Shown here piece after piece: positions 20,836-31,628 of a stretch of 64,000 nucleotides of DNA. The notes beneath the pieces were generated by a model that made no database searches, was not told the origin of the DNA, and was given only the letters and a program-made list of their open reading frames with translations. Source of the DNA: Thermodesulfobacteriota bacterium (GTDB lineage Bacteria > Desulfobacterota > Desulfarculia > JACQYL01); assembly GCA_963675595.2 (NCBI GenBank), contig CAXXLZ010000002.1, positions 3,072,001 to 3,136,000 of the forward strand, in the 5' to 3' direction. The position numbers and the translations under genes were made by a program. Each line of letters begins with the position of its first letter. Positions within the stretch are counted from its first letter, which is position 1.

Positions 20836-21912
20836 TCACCCGATGCCGGCCGGCATGTAAGTGCAAAGGGGTTCTTCTGCCAGGACGTCGCCGGTGGCCT
20901 CATACGCTCTGGCTCGGCAACCGCCGCAGACTTTTCTGTATTCGCAGACGCCGCATTTCCCTTTGTAATCATCGAAGTTCCTGAGCTTGAGGAACAGTTC
21001 GGATCGTTCCCAGATTTCCCGAAAAGGAGTTTGTCTCAAATTGCCGGCGGATAGTTCCAGGTATCCGCAGGGTTGGACCTGTCCCACGTGAGATATGAAA
21101 CAAAAGGAAATTCCCCCCAGGCATCCTCGAGTGACCGCGTCCAGCCCGTGGGACTCGTAGGAAATCTTCTTCCCCTCTTGCCGCGCTCTCTGACGCATGA
21201 TCCGGTAGTAGTGGGGCGCGCAGGTGGCCTTGATGTGAATCGGGGCCTTTTCCCTCTGGTCATACAGCCAATTGAGCACTTTCTCGTACTCCACGGCGTC
21301 GATGGATTGGTCTACCAGGTCTTTGCCCCGACCTGTGGGCACCAAGAGGAAGAAGTGGTGTGCCGCCGCTCCCAGGTGCACCGAAAAGTCCAGCAACGCC
21401 GGAATCTCACTCAAATTCTTACGAGTGATGGTGGTGTTCACCTGGAATTCGACTCCGGCGCGACGGAGTTCCTCAATGCCTCGCAGGGCGCCCTGGAAGG
21501 CACCGTCCACCTGACGAAATTGATCATGGGTTTCACGGGCGGCGCCGTCCAGACTGATACTGACCCGCTTGATTCCCGAATCCTTCATTCGTTTCGCCGC
21601 CTCGGCCGTGACAAGGGTGCCGTTGGGCGCCATGACCATGCGAAGCCCCAACGCCGTTCCTTGAGCGGCAAGTTCGAAAACGTCTTCCCGAAGCAGAGGT
21701 TCGCCCCCGGTGAGAATGATTACCGGTTTGGCCCAGCCGGCGAGGTGATCAAGAAAATCAAGTGCTTCGCGAGTGGACAGTTCTCCCTCGGGAATCTTGT
21801 TGTCCGCGGAGGCCCTGCAATGGATGCAGTTCAGATTGCATCGTCGCGTCACTTCCCAAGCGATCATGCGGGGTGTGTTCGGTTCAAAGACCGTGGTGCC
21901 GGATGAATGCAT
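20836..21912 (-). CDS. ahbD: Radical SAM heme b synthase (Fe-coproporphyrin decarboxylase)
   Basis: AWEVTRRCNLNCIHCRA, KATCAPHYYR, RGCLGG, SPASM motif CGVCEYRKVCGGCRARA; in an operon with hemB and ahbC. Confidence 0.88.
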   Translation of the reverse strand: MHSSGTTVFEPNTPRMIAWEVTRRCNLNCIHCRASADNKIPEGELSTREALDFLDHLAGWAKPVIILTGGEPLLREDVFELAAQGTALGLRMVMAPNGTLVTAEAAKRMKDSGIKRVSISLDGAARETHDQFRQVDGAFQGALRGIEELRRAGVEFQVNTTITRKNLSEIPALLDFSVHLGAAAHHFFLLVPTGRGKDLVDQSIDAVEYEKVLNWLYDQREKAPIHIKATCAPHYYRIMRQRARQEGKKISYESHGLDAVTRGCLGGISFCFISHVGQVQPCGYLELSAGNLRQTPFREIWERSELFLKLRNFDDYKGKCGVCEYRKVCGGCRARAYEATGDVLAEEPLCTYMPAGIG

Positions 21913-22099
21913 AAAAGCGGGTTACCCAGAGGTTGTATTCCGGCATGATGGACCGTGAGCCGTGGAAAGCATTCCATTGTGTCGGTGTGCCGGTTCGCGA
22001 CCAAGGAGCTTTCCGCCGGCGGACAACAGCCGGAAGAGAGTGAATGGCGTCCGCCCGGTCGAATACGGCCGGGAGCGGAGGTATCCGGAGGATCGGGAC

Positions 22100-23077
22100 T
22101 TATGACCCGTTCAACACGCCTGCGGCGTCTTTGGCGAAGTAGGTGATGATCAGATCGGCTCCCGCACGCTTAATGGACAGCAGAGTCTCCATCATCACCC
22201 GGTCCTTGTCCAACCAACCTCGCTCCGCCGCGGCCAGAATCATGCTGTACTCACCGCTCACATTGTAGGCGGCGATGGGCAGGTCGAACTCTTCCCTGGC
22301 GCGACAAATCACATCCAGATAGGCCAGGGCGGGTTTCACCATTACGATGTCGGCTCCTTCTTCCACGTCCTGAGCGATCTCTCGAAGGGCTTCCAGCGCG
22401 TTTCCGGGGTCCATCTGGTACGTTCGACGGTCTCCGAATTGAGGCGCCGAGTCGGCGGCTTCCCTGAAGGGTCCATAATAGGCGGAGGCATATTTCGCCG
22501 AATAGCTCATCAAGGCCGTCATCTCGAAGCCGTTTTCATCCAGAACATCCCTGATTTCCGCCACACGGCCGTCCATCATGTCCGAAGGCGCCACCATATC
22601 GGCCCCGGCCTGAGCATGGGAGAGCGCCGTCTTGGCCAACAACTCGAGGCTCGGGTCGTTCCGGATTTCTCCATTCTCCACAAATCCGCAATGGCCGTGA
22701 TCCGTATACGCGCACAAACAGACGTCGGTGACCACGCACAGGTCGGGGACACGGGATTTGATTTCCCGTATCGCTTTCTGAACAACTCCGTCCTTGTGAT
22801 AAGCCCTGCTTGCCACCGGGTCTTTGGATTCGGGCAGACCGAAGAGCAACACCGCGGGAATGCCCAATTTGAATGCCGCCTCCGCTTCCTCGGCCACTTT
22901 GTCCACGGACCAGTGATACATGCCGGGCATGGCCGCAATGGGCTCTTTGAGCTTCTTGCCCGGCGCCACGAAAAGAGGATAAATGAAATCATCCACCGAG
23001 AGGGCGGTCTCGCGAACCATTCTTCTCAAAGCCGGGCTTCTGCGCAATCGGCGGAGCCGGGATTCAGGAAACATCAT
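22100..23077 (-). CDS. hemB: Porphobilinogen synthase
   Basis: [51 protein letters not shown]. Confidence 0.97.
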   Translation of the reverse strand: MMFPESRLRRLRRSPALRRMVRETALSVDDFIYPLFVAPGKKLKEPIAAMPGMYHWSVDKVAEEAEAAFKLGIPAVLLFGLPESKDPVASRAYHKDGVVQKAIREIKSRVPDLCVVTDVCLCAYTDHGHCGFVENGEIRNDPSLELLAKTALSHAQAGADMVAPSDMMDGRVAEIRDVLDENGFEMTALMSYSAKYASAYYGPFREAADSAPQFGDRRTYQMDPGNALEALREIAQDVEEGADIVMVKPALAYLDVICRAREEFDLPIAAYNVSGEYSMILAAAERGWLDKDRVMMETLLSIKRAGADLIITYFAKDAAGVLNGS

Positions 23078-24257
23078 GATTGTGAATCTCCTCTTCGGTC
23101 AGGTAGCAAGCGGGATCGGGAGCCCAAACGTCTCCATGTACCGCCTCCGCGCGAACTCTGAAATTCCCTGCGCACACGTCCAGCCAGCGGCATTGGGCGC
23201 ATCTTCCCTTCATATACTCCTTCTTGTTCTTGAGTCGAGCCATCAAAGGATGGGACAAATCGGTCCAGATTTCGCTGAAAGGCCGCTCGCGCACGTTGCC
23301 GAAAGACACATGTCGCCAGAATTGGTCCGCGTGAACGGTCCCGTCCCAGCTCACGCAACCGATGCCTCGTCCGGAGCTGTTGCCCTCGTTCATCTTGAGC
23401 AGTTCCAAGACCTCGGGAGCCCTGGGATCTCCTTCCCGGAGCATGCGCAGATAGACGTAGGGGCCGTCGGCGTGGTTGTCCACCGTTAAGACTTCTTTGG
23501 GTTTGCCCCGATCATGCAGGTCCTTGGTCCGATCCATGATCAGGTCCACTACTTGCCGGGTCTGTTCGAGAGAAAGGTCGTCTTGTACCATGGATGACCC
23601 CCTGCCCGCATAGACCAGATGATAGAAGCAGATTCGCGGGATGTCCAGCTCCTCCAACAGGTCGAAGAGAGGGCCCACTTCCTCATAATTCATGCGGTTG
23701 ATGGTGAACCGAAGGCCTACTTTAATGCCTGCGTCACGAGCGTTGCGGATGCCGTCCATGGCGTCGTCGAAGGCCCCGGCCTTGCCCCTGAAAAGGTCGT
23801 TCACGTCCCGCCTGCCGTCCAGGCTGATGCCCACGTAGGACAATCCCACCCGTTTCAGCTCACGGGCCTTTTCCCGCGTAATCAACGTGCCGTTGGTGGA
23901 AATGACGGCCCGCATGCCTTTCCGAACAGCGTAGTCCGCCAACTCCACCAGGTCCTTGCGAAGTAGGGGTTCGCCTCCGGAGAACAAAACCACCGGGGAT
24001 CCAAAAGCGGCCAGATCGTCCAGAAGCGCCTTGCCTTCTTCGGTGGAGAGTTCGCCGCGAAGTTCCTCCTCCGTAGCCTGGGCGTAACAATGAACACATT
24101 TGAGATTACACGCCCGGGTCATGTTCCAGACCACCACGGGCTTCTTGTCCTCGGAGAACTGGAGCAGATGGGAAGGGAGCTTTCCCGAGTGCCGACCGTA
24201 ACGCAACACGTCCGACGGCTCAACAGTGCCGCAATAGAGCTTGGAAATTCCGATCAT
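23064..24257 (-). CDS. ahbC: Radical SAM Fe-coproporphyrin III synthase (12,18-didecarboxysiroheme deacetylase)
   Basis: Start [10 protein letters not shown]; [51 protein letters not shown]. Confidence 0.9.
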   Translation of the reverse strand: MIGISKLYCGTVEPSDVLRYGRHSGKLPSHLLQFSEDKKPVVVWNMTRACNLKCVHCYAQATEEELRGELSTEEGKALLDDLAAFGSPVVLFSGGEPLLRKDLVELADYAVRKGMRAVISTNGTLITREKARELKRVGLSYVGISLDGRRDVNDLFRGKAGAFDDAMDGIRNARDAGIKVGLRFTINRMNYEEVGPLFDLLEELDIPRICFYHLVYAGRGSSMVQDDLSLEQTRQVVDLIMDRTKDLHDRGKPKEVLTVDNHADGPYVYLRMLREGDPRAPEVLELLKMNEGNSSGRGIGCVSWDGTVHADQFWRHVSFGNVRERPFSEIWTDLSHPLMARLKNKKEYMKGRCAQCRWLDVCAGNFRVRAEAVHGDVWAPDPACYLTEEEIHNHDVS

Positions 24258-26077
24258 GATTCGGTCCTGCAGGTTTGGTCGATGCCTTCCCGGATTTCTT
24301 CCTGGGAAAAATACTGCTTTATGAGGTTGCTCAAAAAGGATTCCGGATCGCGCAGCGCCTCGTCGGTAAGATTGAATTCCCTGCAACCGGTGCGTTCTTT
24401 GATGAGCCGGAGTCCGTATTCGAAATCCTTGGCCAGACCGGCGCAGATGTCCGATGCTTCGGTGTCCGACTCCAAGGCGCGGAGCAGAATCAGGTTCACC
24501 GCGTCCTGGGTGAAATGAACCGCGAAGCCGTACCGTTCCTCCAAGGTGGATTCGTATTCCTTCACCTGAGAGTACAAAGAGAAAACTTCCTCCAGTGCGT
24601 GATTGGTGTCAATACCCATTTGCACATGGAATTCGTTGATGAGGTCGATGGTCGCATCATTGAGATCCAGGCCGAATTCATCGATCTGCTTGCTTTTCTT
24701 ACGAATAAGTATCTCTTCGATGGCTTTGCGGTCGTCCTGGACGGCTTTTTCGAACCGTTCGTCTCCCGGGAGCATACCGCCTCGTTCAAGCAGCGCGGCG
24801 AGCTCTTCTCCGGGTTTTTCCACCAGTTCAGGTGTGACGAGCAACGTCTTGATCTGCGTGGACGGCAGTTTCTTTTCGAAGGGGATCAACGCCTTTTCCA
24901 CTACGCTGACCAATCCGCGGGCTCCCGTTTTCTCCAGGGACGCCATTTCCGCCAATCGGTGCAACGCACCGTCCTCGAAGCGAATATCGATCCCATAAGA
25001 TCGGAAGTCCCTCTTTTTGCTGATGATAATGGGATTATTGGGGTTCCGCAGAATCTGATACAGGTCTTCAACTCCGAGCTCTTCAAAAACCGCCGCCACC
25101 GGAAGCCGACCAATGAACTCGGACTCAAAGCCGTATTTAAGAAAATCCTCGGTCTTGATATCTTTTAGAATGGAACCGGGGACTTCTTTGGTCTCCACTT
25201 CTCCTCCGAATCCGATGCGGGCCTTGCTCAACCTTTCGTGAATCATCTTATCAATGCCGGTAAACGCTCCGCTGACGATGAACAGAATGTCTTTGGTGTT
25301 GACGGTCTTTTTCTCGCGCTTACCCGTCTTTCGATAGTTTTCGATGGCCTGGATCTGCGAAATGGGATCATGGGGAACCTTCAGGTCCACTTCGGTTTCT
25401 TCCATGAGTTTCAGCAGAGCCCGCTGGACTCCGCTGCGGGAGACGTCCGGGCCGATCATGCTGTGGCTGGAAGCGATCTTGTCGATTTCGTCGATGTAAA
25501 CGATGCCGTATTGTGCGAGCTCGATATCCTCGTCCGCCTCGTAAACCAGGTCGCGGATCAAGTCCTCCACATCGCCCCCCACATACCCCGTTTCACTGAA
25601 CTTGGTTGCGTCGCCTTTGACAAAGGGAACGCCGATATGGCGGGCGATCAGCTTGATAATATAGGTCTTGCCTACCCCGGTGGGACCCACAAGAATAATG
25701 TTGTTTTTAATGGAACCCACCAGTTCGCGTCTTTTCCTTCGTGCCGAACTTCCCGCGAACTTGATCCGATTGAAATGGGTGCAAATCTTGGTCGCCAGAA
25801 TGGACTTGGCCATATCCTGCCGAATGACGTATTCATCCAGATAGGATTCCATTTCCTCCGGTTTCATGTCGAAATGAATATCTTCCACGGACCGTTTCCC
25901 TGATTCGGAAGCGGATTCATCGGAAGCGGAAGGTTTGGGTATCATAAAAGGAGATACGATCTTAACTCGGTCTCCGTATTTTTTGGACAGGTAGTCACTC
26001 AACTCTTTTTCGAGTTCCTTCTGATCGGGAATCTTGGAATCCTTCACCGCAGAGGACTCGGGCTTGTCTAACGTCAT
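24254..26077 (-). CDS. ClpX-like AAA+ ATPase lacking the N-terminal zinc finger, with a C-terminal extension
   Basis: GPTGVGKT, DATKFSETGYVGGDVE, YIDEIDKI, GVQRALLK, RIGFG loop, EFIGRLP, TGARGL. Confidence 0.88.
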   Translation of the reverse strand: MTLDKPESSAVKDSKIPDQKELEKELSDYLSKKYGDRVKIVSPFMIPKPSASDESASESGKRSVEDIHFDMKPEEMESYLDEYVIRQDMAKSILATKICTHFNRIKFAGSSARRKRRELVGSIKNNIILVGPTGVGKTYIIKLIARHIGVPFVKGDATKFSETGYVGGDVEDLIRDLVYEADEDIELAQYGIVYIDEIDKIASSHSMIGPDVSRSGVQRALLKLMEETEVDLKVPHDPISQIQAIENYRKTGKREKKTVNTKDILFIVSGAFTGIDKMIHERLSKARIGFGGEVETKEVPGSILKDIKTEDFLKYGFESEFIGRLPVAAVFEELGVEDLYQILRNPNNPIIISKKRDFRSYGIDIRFEDGALHRLAEMASLEKTGARGLVSVVEKALIPFEKKLPSTQIKTLLVTPELVEKPGEELAALLERGGMLPGDERFEKAVQDDRKAIEEILIRKKSKQIDEFGLDLNDATIDLINEFHVQMGIDTNHALEEVFSLYSQVKEYESTLEERYGFAVHFTQDAVNLILLRALESDTEASDICAGLAKDFEYGLRLIKERTGCREFNLTDEALRDPESFLSNLIKQYFSQEEIREGIDQTCRTES

Positions 26078-26633
26078 AAATGTTTCCTTCTCTTACGAAA
26101 TTTTGTTTGATTATAGTCATCGACTTGGTGGGGCGCAACCTGGCCGGGGGAAGGGGCGCCGGCGGAGATCAATGTGCCTCCGGAAAGGACCCGGATCCGT
26201 GCGGCATTCAACGAGGCGCCGTTGTGCATCGTTGCCGGGCACATTGAGAAAGCAGAGCCGGCTCGAAATTTGCTTAAATGTGAAAGCTAGAAACGAGTGA
26301 AAATCGACTCGCGAGGTCGCCGGCGGTCCTACTAGAAATGGGCAGGGTAGCGTAAGGCCGCTCTCTTATAAATAATTGTTGAATATTTAAGTTTAATTAT
26401 GCATAATTATAATAATTGTGAATGCCGGGAACATGCATACCGGACTCCGACGCCGGAGCCTGCGAGGCCTACCGGAATGTGGCCGCGGGTTACCCCTGCG
26501 TCGGAGATTTGACAGGAACCATAATATGACTATTATGAAGCGCATGACGGAGGGACGATCCCACGAGATTGTAGACACGAGCCGCCGCGGAGCAAAGTCC
26601 GAAAGGCAACGGATCTGCTACGGGAGCAGTAAC

Positions 26634-27866
26634 ATGGGGCCGGTTACCGGTTTAGATGGAAGCCGTGGAGGCGCCTCACGCCTCATCGTTTGTACGCTGA
26701 TCGGAGTGCTGGTCCTCACTTTGGGGATGAGCGCGGCCTTTGCCGATCCGGAAAAAAGCGTATCGGCACCTTCCGCCCTGGAAAACGATCTTACCTACCT
26801 TTTCTCTTTTTCAGACTCTAAATCCAACGATTTTGATCCGTCACGAGTTCGAACGCTCATCGATTTCGTCTCTGAAGAAAAACGCGAAGATGTCCTGTAC
26901 CGTCCCGCGGACCGCGACGGGATGGAAGGGGCCTACTTCGAAAACGACGTACACGCCGAGCTAGACAAAGTACTGGCCTACAATTATCATCCCGACGTTC
27001 CCGGTTTCCTAATGCGCCCCATGAGCATTCGCTACAGCGGATGGCGTGAAGCTTCCTCGACTCGGGAAGATCTGCTTCGTATTTGTCGGGCCGGGACGGA
27101 AAAGACTCCCCTTGTCGTACGGGGCGTCGAATACCAGGAAAACACTCCGGACAGCTACTCGGGCGGATATTATAACTACGATTCCCATCGCACGCTCATC
27201 AAGTTTGAACTGGACGGTCGGGAGGTGCTGCTGTCCATCTCCAAACAGGTCGCACCCTCGGCGCCGGGAAAGAAAGGCGTGATCATCGGACGGGACGAAG
27301 ACTGGAATTATTTCTATTCCGGCGAAAAAGGCCTTACCAAAGAAGGGTTGGGCTGGGCCTCGACCTACGTTTATGATTCCATGAGCGTGTTTATCTACTG
27401 CGAGAACGACCACAAGAGCGGTGTCACCCGTGCCGGAGGATTCAGTTGGCTCAAAGCCGGCTGGATGTCCATCAACGTGGTGAGCTCCTCTCACATCCGT
27501 TCGGGGCTCGAGCGTTCACTGGAGGGACTGAGACAAGTGGTGGAAGCCGCCTCCCTGCCGGAACCCAAAGAGTTCGCCGAGATCTACGAAGAGGTGCAAT
27601 CCCTGTCCGAGCGCGATCTGCGGGAGCGGATGCGCCCTTATGGCCGCGCCCTCAAGCGTGTGGCGCAAGACGATCCCGTTCTCTCCAGAGACGAATTCGC
27701 CTGCATCATCTCCAAGGACAACTACCTGGAGATGTTGTCCAAGAAAGAACTGGAAAGCCTTTTCCTGGTGGAATACCTTAAACGGCGTCTCGGCAAGACT
27801 TCCCTCATGAGAGACACGGCCATCACCTGGAGAAAGGACAAGGAGCCGGCCGTCAAATCGCGTTAG
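26634..27866 (+). CDS. Exported hypothetical protein
   Basis: Long ORF; signal peptide ending MSAAFA-DP; aromatic-rich motifs ENTPDSYSGGYYNY and DWNYFYSG. Start uncertain (track gives 26418). Confidence 0.65.
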   Translation: MGPVTGLDGSRGGASRLIVCTLIGVLVLTLGMSAAFADPEKSVSAPSALENDLTYLFSFSDSKSNDFDPSRVRTLIDFVSEEKREDVLYRPADRDGMEGAYFENDVHAELDKVLAYNYHPDVPGFLMRPMSIRYSGWREASSTREDLLRICRAGTEKTPLVVRGVEYQENTPDSYSGGYYNYDSHRTLIKFELDGREVLLSISKQVAPSAPGKKGVIIGRDEDWNYFYSGEKGLTKEGLGWASTYVYDSMSVFIYCENDHKSGVTRAGGFSWLKAGWMSINVVSSSHIRSGLERSLEGLRQVVEAASLPEPKEFAEIYEEVQSLSERDLRERMRPYGRALKRVAQDDPVLSRDEFACIISKDNYLEMLSKKELESLFLVEYLKRRLGKTSLMRDTAITWRKDKEPAVKSR

Positions 27867-27974
27867 CGAACCGACTCCCTCGAACTTCACGGTTAACGGC
27901 GTCTCGTTCCGGGACATCGAACCAATCTCCGTCTCCCACGCCTAACGCCGCAGACCGCGTTTTTCCCCGACCTG

Positions 27975-29072
27975 CTAGCCGTTGAATTCCTGGTAGAGCA
28001 ACTCTTCGAGCTCCGTTCCCTTGACGGCCCAAGGGAGAAGTTCCTCATCCGCCGTACCGGCGTTCCAGCAGAACACGAACAGTCCCTTCATATGGAACCA
28101 GCGGGCGATGGCTTCGCGAATGGCCCGAATGGCGTTGAGCTTGCCTTCGGCTTCTCTCGTGGGATCGATGTGATTGCATTCCGTCAGGATGACGTCGCGG
28201 TCGATGAGCATGTCCATTTCAATCAGTTTGGCTTCCGTGGACGCGTCCACGCCGCCGTCCGAGTAGTAGTGGAAGTTGAACTGGTCCGTGTAGTCCTCCA
28301 ACCCGGCGTCCAAAAGGTCCTTGGTAATGGAGTTGTAATAGGATTCCACAATGCTCGTCATGCCTGAATTCAACACCAGGGCATCGGGGTCTTCGGCTTT
28401 GAGAATGGAGCGGACTCGCGCGAGAAACGTCACGTACTCGTCGGCGGTGATCTTCGCCCCCGTGGGTCCCAACATGTACCGATCCGGGTGCCACGCCTCG
28501 TTCCAGACCTGATACGCGTAGGCTCTGCCTTTCGCGTATTGCGCCACGGAACGGATGTAGGGCTCGAACTCATTGACGAACCAGGTTTCGTCCGTGGCCG
28601 CGGCATAGGCGTAATTGGAATTGCGCGTCTGATCCTCCAATCGGATGGTGAGGTAGAGCCCGTTTCCGGCGCAGCGCTCGATGACGTTGCGCATTTCCCG
28701 GGCGTCCTGCGCGTCCTCCCAATATCCCTTCCAGATGTTGCTGATGACGAAGTCCCCGATGCGCTTCATCCGCTGATAATCGTCTTCCGTAGGATAGGCT
28801 TTGGTCAACCCGTCGGCCAAAGGAAGCTGAACGTGCCGGACCCCGAGGCCCGTGGAATAGCTGAAGAAAGGCGCGTCGGGATCCGTGGGCGCGAGGGCCT
28901 TCAGGCTCTTGCCGAGGGCGGATGAACCTGTACTGTTGAGCAGAACCGGGTTCAGGTGAAAACCAAAGGCTTCTCGACCCACGTCGCTTCCACCGGAAGA
29001 ACAGGACGGCAGCATCGTTCCGGCCAGGGCGAGGGAGACCAGTTTGAGAAATTCTCTTCTGGAAGGCGTCAT
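27975..29072 (-). CDS. Tat-exported lipoprotein with a clan GH-A glycoside-hydrolase-like barrel
   Basis: MTPSRREFLK twin-arginine motif, lipobox LPSC, YQVWNEA (acid/base), FNFHYY, VILTECN (nucleophile). Confidence 0.65.
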   Translation of the reverse strand: MTPSRREFLKLVSLALAGTMLPSCSSGGSDVGREAFGFHLNPVLLNSTGSSALGKSLKALAPTDPDAPFFSYSTGLGVRHVQLPLADGLTKAYPTEDDYQRMKRIGDFVISNIWKGYWEDAQDAREMRNVIERCAGNGLYLTIRLEDQTRNSNYAYAAATDETWFVNEFEPYIRSVAQYAKGRAYAYQVWNEAWHPDRYMLGPTGAKITADEYVTFLARVRSILKAEDPDALVLNSGMTSIVESYYNSITKDLLDAGLEDYTDQFNFHYYSDGGVDASTEAKLIEMDMLIDRDVILTECNHIDPTREAEGKLNAIRAIREAIARWFHMKGLFVFCWNAGTADEELLPWAVKGTELEELLYQEFNG

Positions 29073-29506
29073 CTTGGGACTCCTTGCGTTAAGCGGGCTA
29101 AAGGTTCTTTTGCGGGAAAGCCGACCGAGTCCGCCGGATTCGAGAAAAAGAGCACGGTGAAGAAGAAACGGAGAATCCCTTTGGAGCGGTTCCCACAAGT
29201 CGGCGAACCGCAAACGGGTCGGCTGTCGCACCCGGACACGGCATATTCAAAGACTTCCGACGGATCGCACCCTTGTCGCGAAAGAAATAGGCTTCAATGG
29301 GTCCTTCGCCCTCTTCCAAGGTCGATGGGAAAACTCCGGGCCGGGACTATATCAAAGGGAATCAATGAAGAGTACCACGACGACCGCGAAAGCTCAAAGC
29401 CGCGAGACGCTTGAGTCACGAGCGGTTCATAGGAAAGACGATCCCCGGACAGGGGAAGATCGACGAAAAAGGATCAAAATTGAAGAAAAATCCCACCCGA
29501 TTCCCC

Positions 29507-29536
29507 TTGATCCCACCTCGGTCAATGGGTTATAAA
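29507..29536 (+). promoter_or_regulatory. Sigma-70-like promoter for tRNA-Gln
   Basis: TTGATC-N18-TATAAA, ending 16 nt upstream of the tRNA. Confidence 0.55.
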
Positions 29537-29552
29537 AACGTTTCATCTTCAT

Positions 29553-29626
29553 TGGGGGATCGTCTAGCGGCAGGACGGCAGACTCTGGATCTGTCTACCG
29601 AGGTTCGAATCCTCGTCCCCCAGCCA
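29553..29626 (+). tRNA. tRNA-Gln (anticodon CTG)
   Basis: Acceptor stem TGGGGGA/TCCCCCA, anticodon arm GCAGA-CTCTGGA-TCTGT, T-loop GGTTCGAATCC, encoded CCA. Confidence 0.96.
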
Positions 29627-29634
29627 GTAAATTC

Positions 29635-29665
29635 AAGGGGTCAGCGGCTGTCGCTGACCCCTTTT
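29635..29665 (+). terminator. Rho-independent terminator after the tRNA
   Basis: AAGGGGTCAGCG-gctgt-CGCTGACCCCTT followed by T residues. Confidence 0.8.
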
Positions 29666-29669
29666 CCTT

Positions 29670-29967
29670 TTCGTCCCGGCCAAGGTGTGCGGTTTCTTGA
29701 GTCGAGTCCGACGAGAACAGCTCGAATACCTCCATCGCTACCCTTTCGGCACGACCGATGCTGTGGAGATAAATCTCGGTTGTCGAACGATTCTCATGGC
29801 CCAAAATGCGCTGGATGCTTCCGAGACCCACATTGGCGTAATCCAGGACCGAAGACTCAAAATGTCCGAGTGCATAGAATCCGAAGGGCTTCACTCCGGC
29901 CTTCTTGCAGAGGCTCGACATCGTCTTGTTACGATGCAGAAAAGGACCTTCATTTCTTCTTCCGGAT
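29670..29967 (-). pseudogene. C-terminal remnant of a tyrosine recombinase/integrase
   Basis: LCKKAGVKPFGFYALGHF (decayed HxLRH), IQRILGHENRSTTEIY (LGH...Y). The 5' part is missing at the IS boundary; gene converges on the tRNA 3' end. Confidence 0.8.
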
Positions 29968-31523
29968 CTAGAGTTTAGAGTCCGGCGACCCTTTGGTATG
30001 GGAAAACTGCGAATAAATTCAACAAAGTACTCGACATTGCCGCGCGGATGCGCGGCCGCCTTTGGCGGCCCTTTAAGGAAAGAAACCTTTCCTTGGGAGT
30101 CAACCAATGGATTCGACGGCTCAAGTACTTTCGCTCCTATTGCATTGGATTTCCTTTCTATTTCAGGCCGTTCCGCGCAGAATCGCTCCGACTCTTCCGG
30201 CACTCCTGATGGGATGTATGGTCTGCCGCGGCGGCCATATTTCTTCCGCCCTTCCGGCGGTCCGACCCCGGTTGTCATGGACCGCCTATTACAAGGCCGC
30301 CGAAAAGGCCGATTCCAATGGCTTGTACTGGCCCGCCAATGGATGCCCCTGATTCTGAAGCGGATTCCAGACCGATCCATCGAGTTCACTATAGACGACT
30401 TCCCTTTGCCCCGATCGCCCAAGAAAGCTCCCTGCGCCGCTTGGCATTACGATCACGCGCACCGACCCAACCGCCCCAAATTCCTGTGGGGACAGCTTCG
30501 AGTTTCTCTGGCGGTCATCTGCCGCCACAAGGGCCGGGTAGCCGCATTTCCCCTCTTGTTTCGGCTCATCCGCAAGAAAGGGAACACCAGCAAACTGGAC
30601 GCAGCACGGCTTTTGATGTCCGTTCTCTTGAGTTGGCTGCCGGATCGCTTCCTCCTTATTCTGCTGCTCGATGCCTGGTATATGAAAAGCTCCCTGGTGG
30701 TTCCCCTGATTCGCCAAGGTGTGACGGTCATCGGCCAAGTCCGCAAAGATACCGCCCTGTTTTTGCCTCCGGACAATCCGCCTCGGAAGAAACGGGGCAG
30801 ACCCGGAAAGTATGGGCAAAAAATCACCTTGGAAAACATCGAACGATTCTGTCGTCCGGTGGAGAAAACCCTCTTTGCCTGCGGCTCGGAACAGGTTTTC
30901 CAGTTCTACCAAACCAAAGCCAAAGCCAAAGTCCGCTTCCTGGACGGCCGGTTGTGCAAGATCGTGTGGTGCCGGTTTATGTCCGACAACCCCTCTTGGT
31001 CGGATTGGCATCTTCTGATCAGTACCGATCTCGCCATGGACGACGCGAAAGTCATTACACGCCATGCACGGCGGTGGTGGACCGAGCCCATGTTCAACGA
31101 GATCAAGCACCTGTTCGGACTGAAAAATGCTTGGCAGCAGACGCGGCAGACATTGGCTCGATGCAGCATGATCTTGTGCCTGGTCTACGGCTTGCCACGG
31201 CTCTTGGCACTCTGCCCGGGTCCCAACGCGGCCTATACCATGTTTCCTATCCCTTGGAGAAAGAACAGACCCGCCACCGCCGGCTGGATGGCCGCGGCCA
31301 TCGGTCGTCTTTTCGGCAACTTAAACGTTCGAGCCATGTGGAACCGGAAATCCAAAAAATTCCAACCGGATTTGACCGATTCTCCAAGAAACTTCGGGCG
31401 CTCCGCCTGATATCCGTGTTCAGTCAATCATCTCAAAGCCTTACGTCAACGGCATTCAACCCGTCTTGGAGAACTATGCTCTTGTGAACAAAATTGGCTG
31501 GCTCGCACGGCTCTAAACTCTTG
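29968..31523 (+). mobile_element. IS701-like insertion sequence (~1.55 kb)
   Basis: Terminal inverted repeats CtAGAGTTTAGAGtccgGCGA (left) and, on the reverse strand, CaAGAGTTTAGAGccgtGCGA (right) enclose a DDE transposase. No target duplication is visible. Confidence 0.75.
30107..31410 (+). pseudogene. Frameshifted DDE transposase (IS701/IS4 superfamily)
   Basis: The N-terminus MDSTAQVL...AYYKAAEK (ORF 30107) continues in another frame as GRFQW..TIDD..LLDAWY..RRWWTEPMFNEIK. The shift is at GAAAAGGCC near 30302-30310. Confidence 0.8.
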
Positions 31524-31628
31524 TAATATTAAAATGTTGCCTCATTTCATGAAAGTACGGCCGTCGAATGTAGGCTTACGACCATCACCCTTTTGCTCGT
31601 ATTGGCATTGCGTGAACCGGCCTCCCTC

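Noticed and set aside
30295-30315. Programmed frameshift in the transposase
   Set aside because: Only an A4 run, with no X-XXY-YYZ heptamer; a simple 1-bp deletion or read error is more parsimonious.
29595-30422. 275-aa minus-strand ORF as an intact gene
   Set aside because: Chimera of antisense IS sequence, the integrase remnant and antisense tRNA; only the middle part is protein-like.
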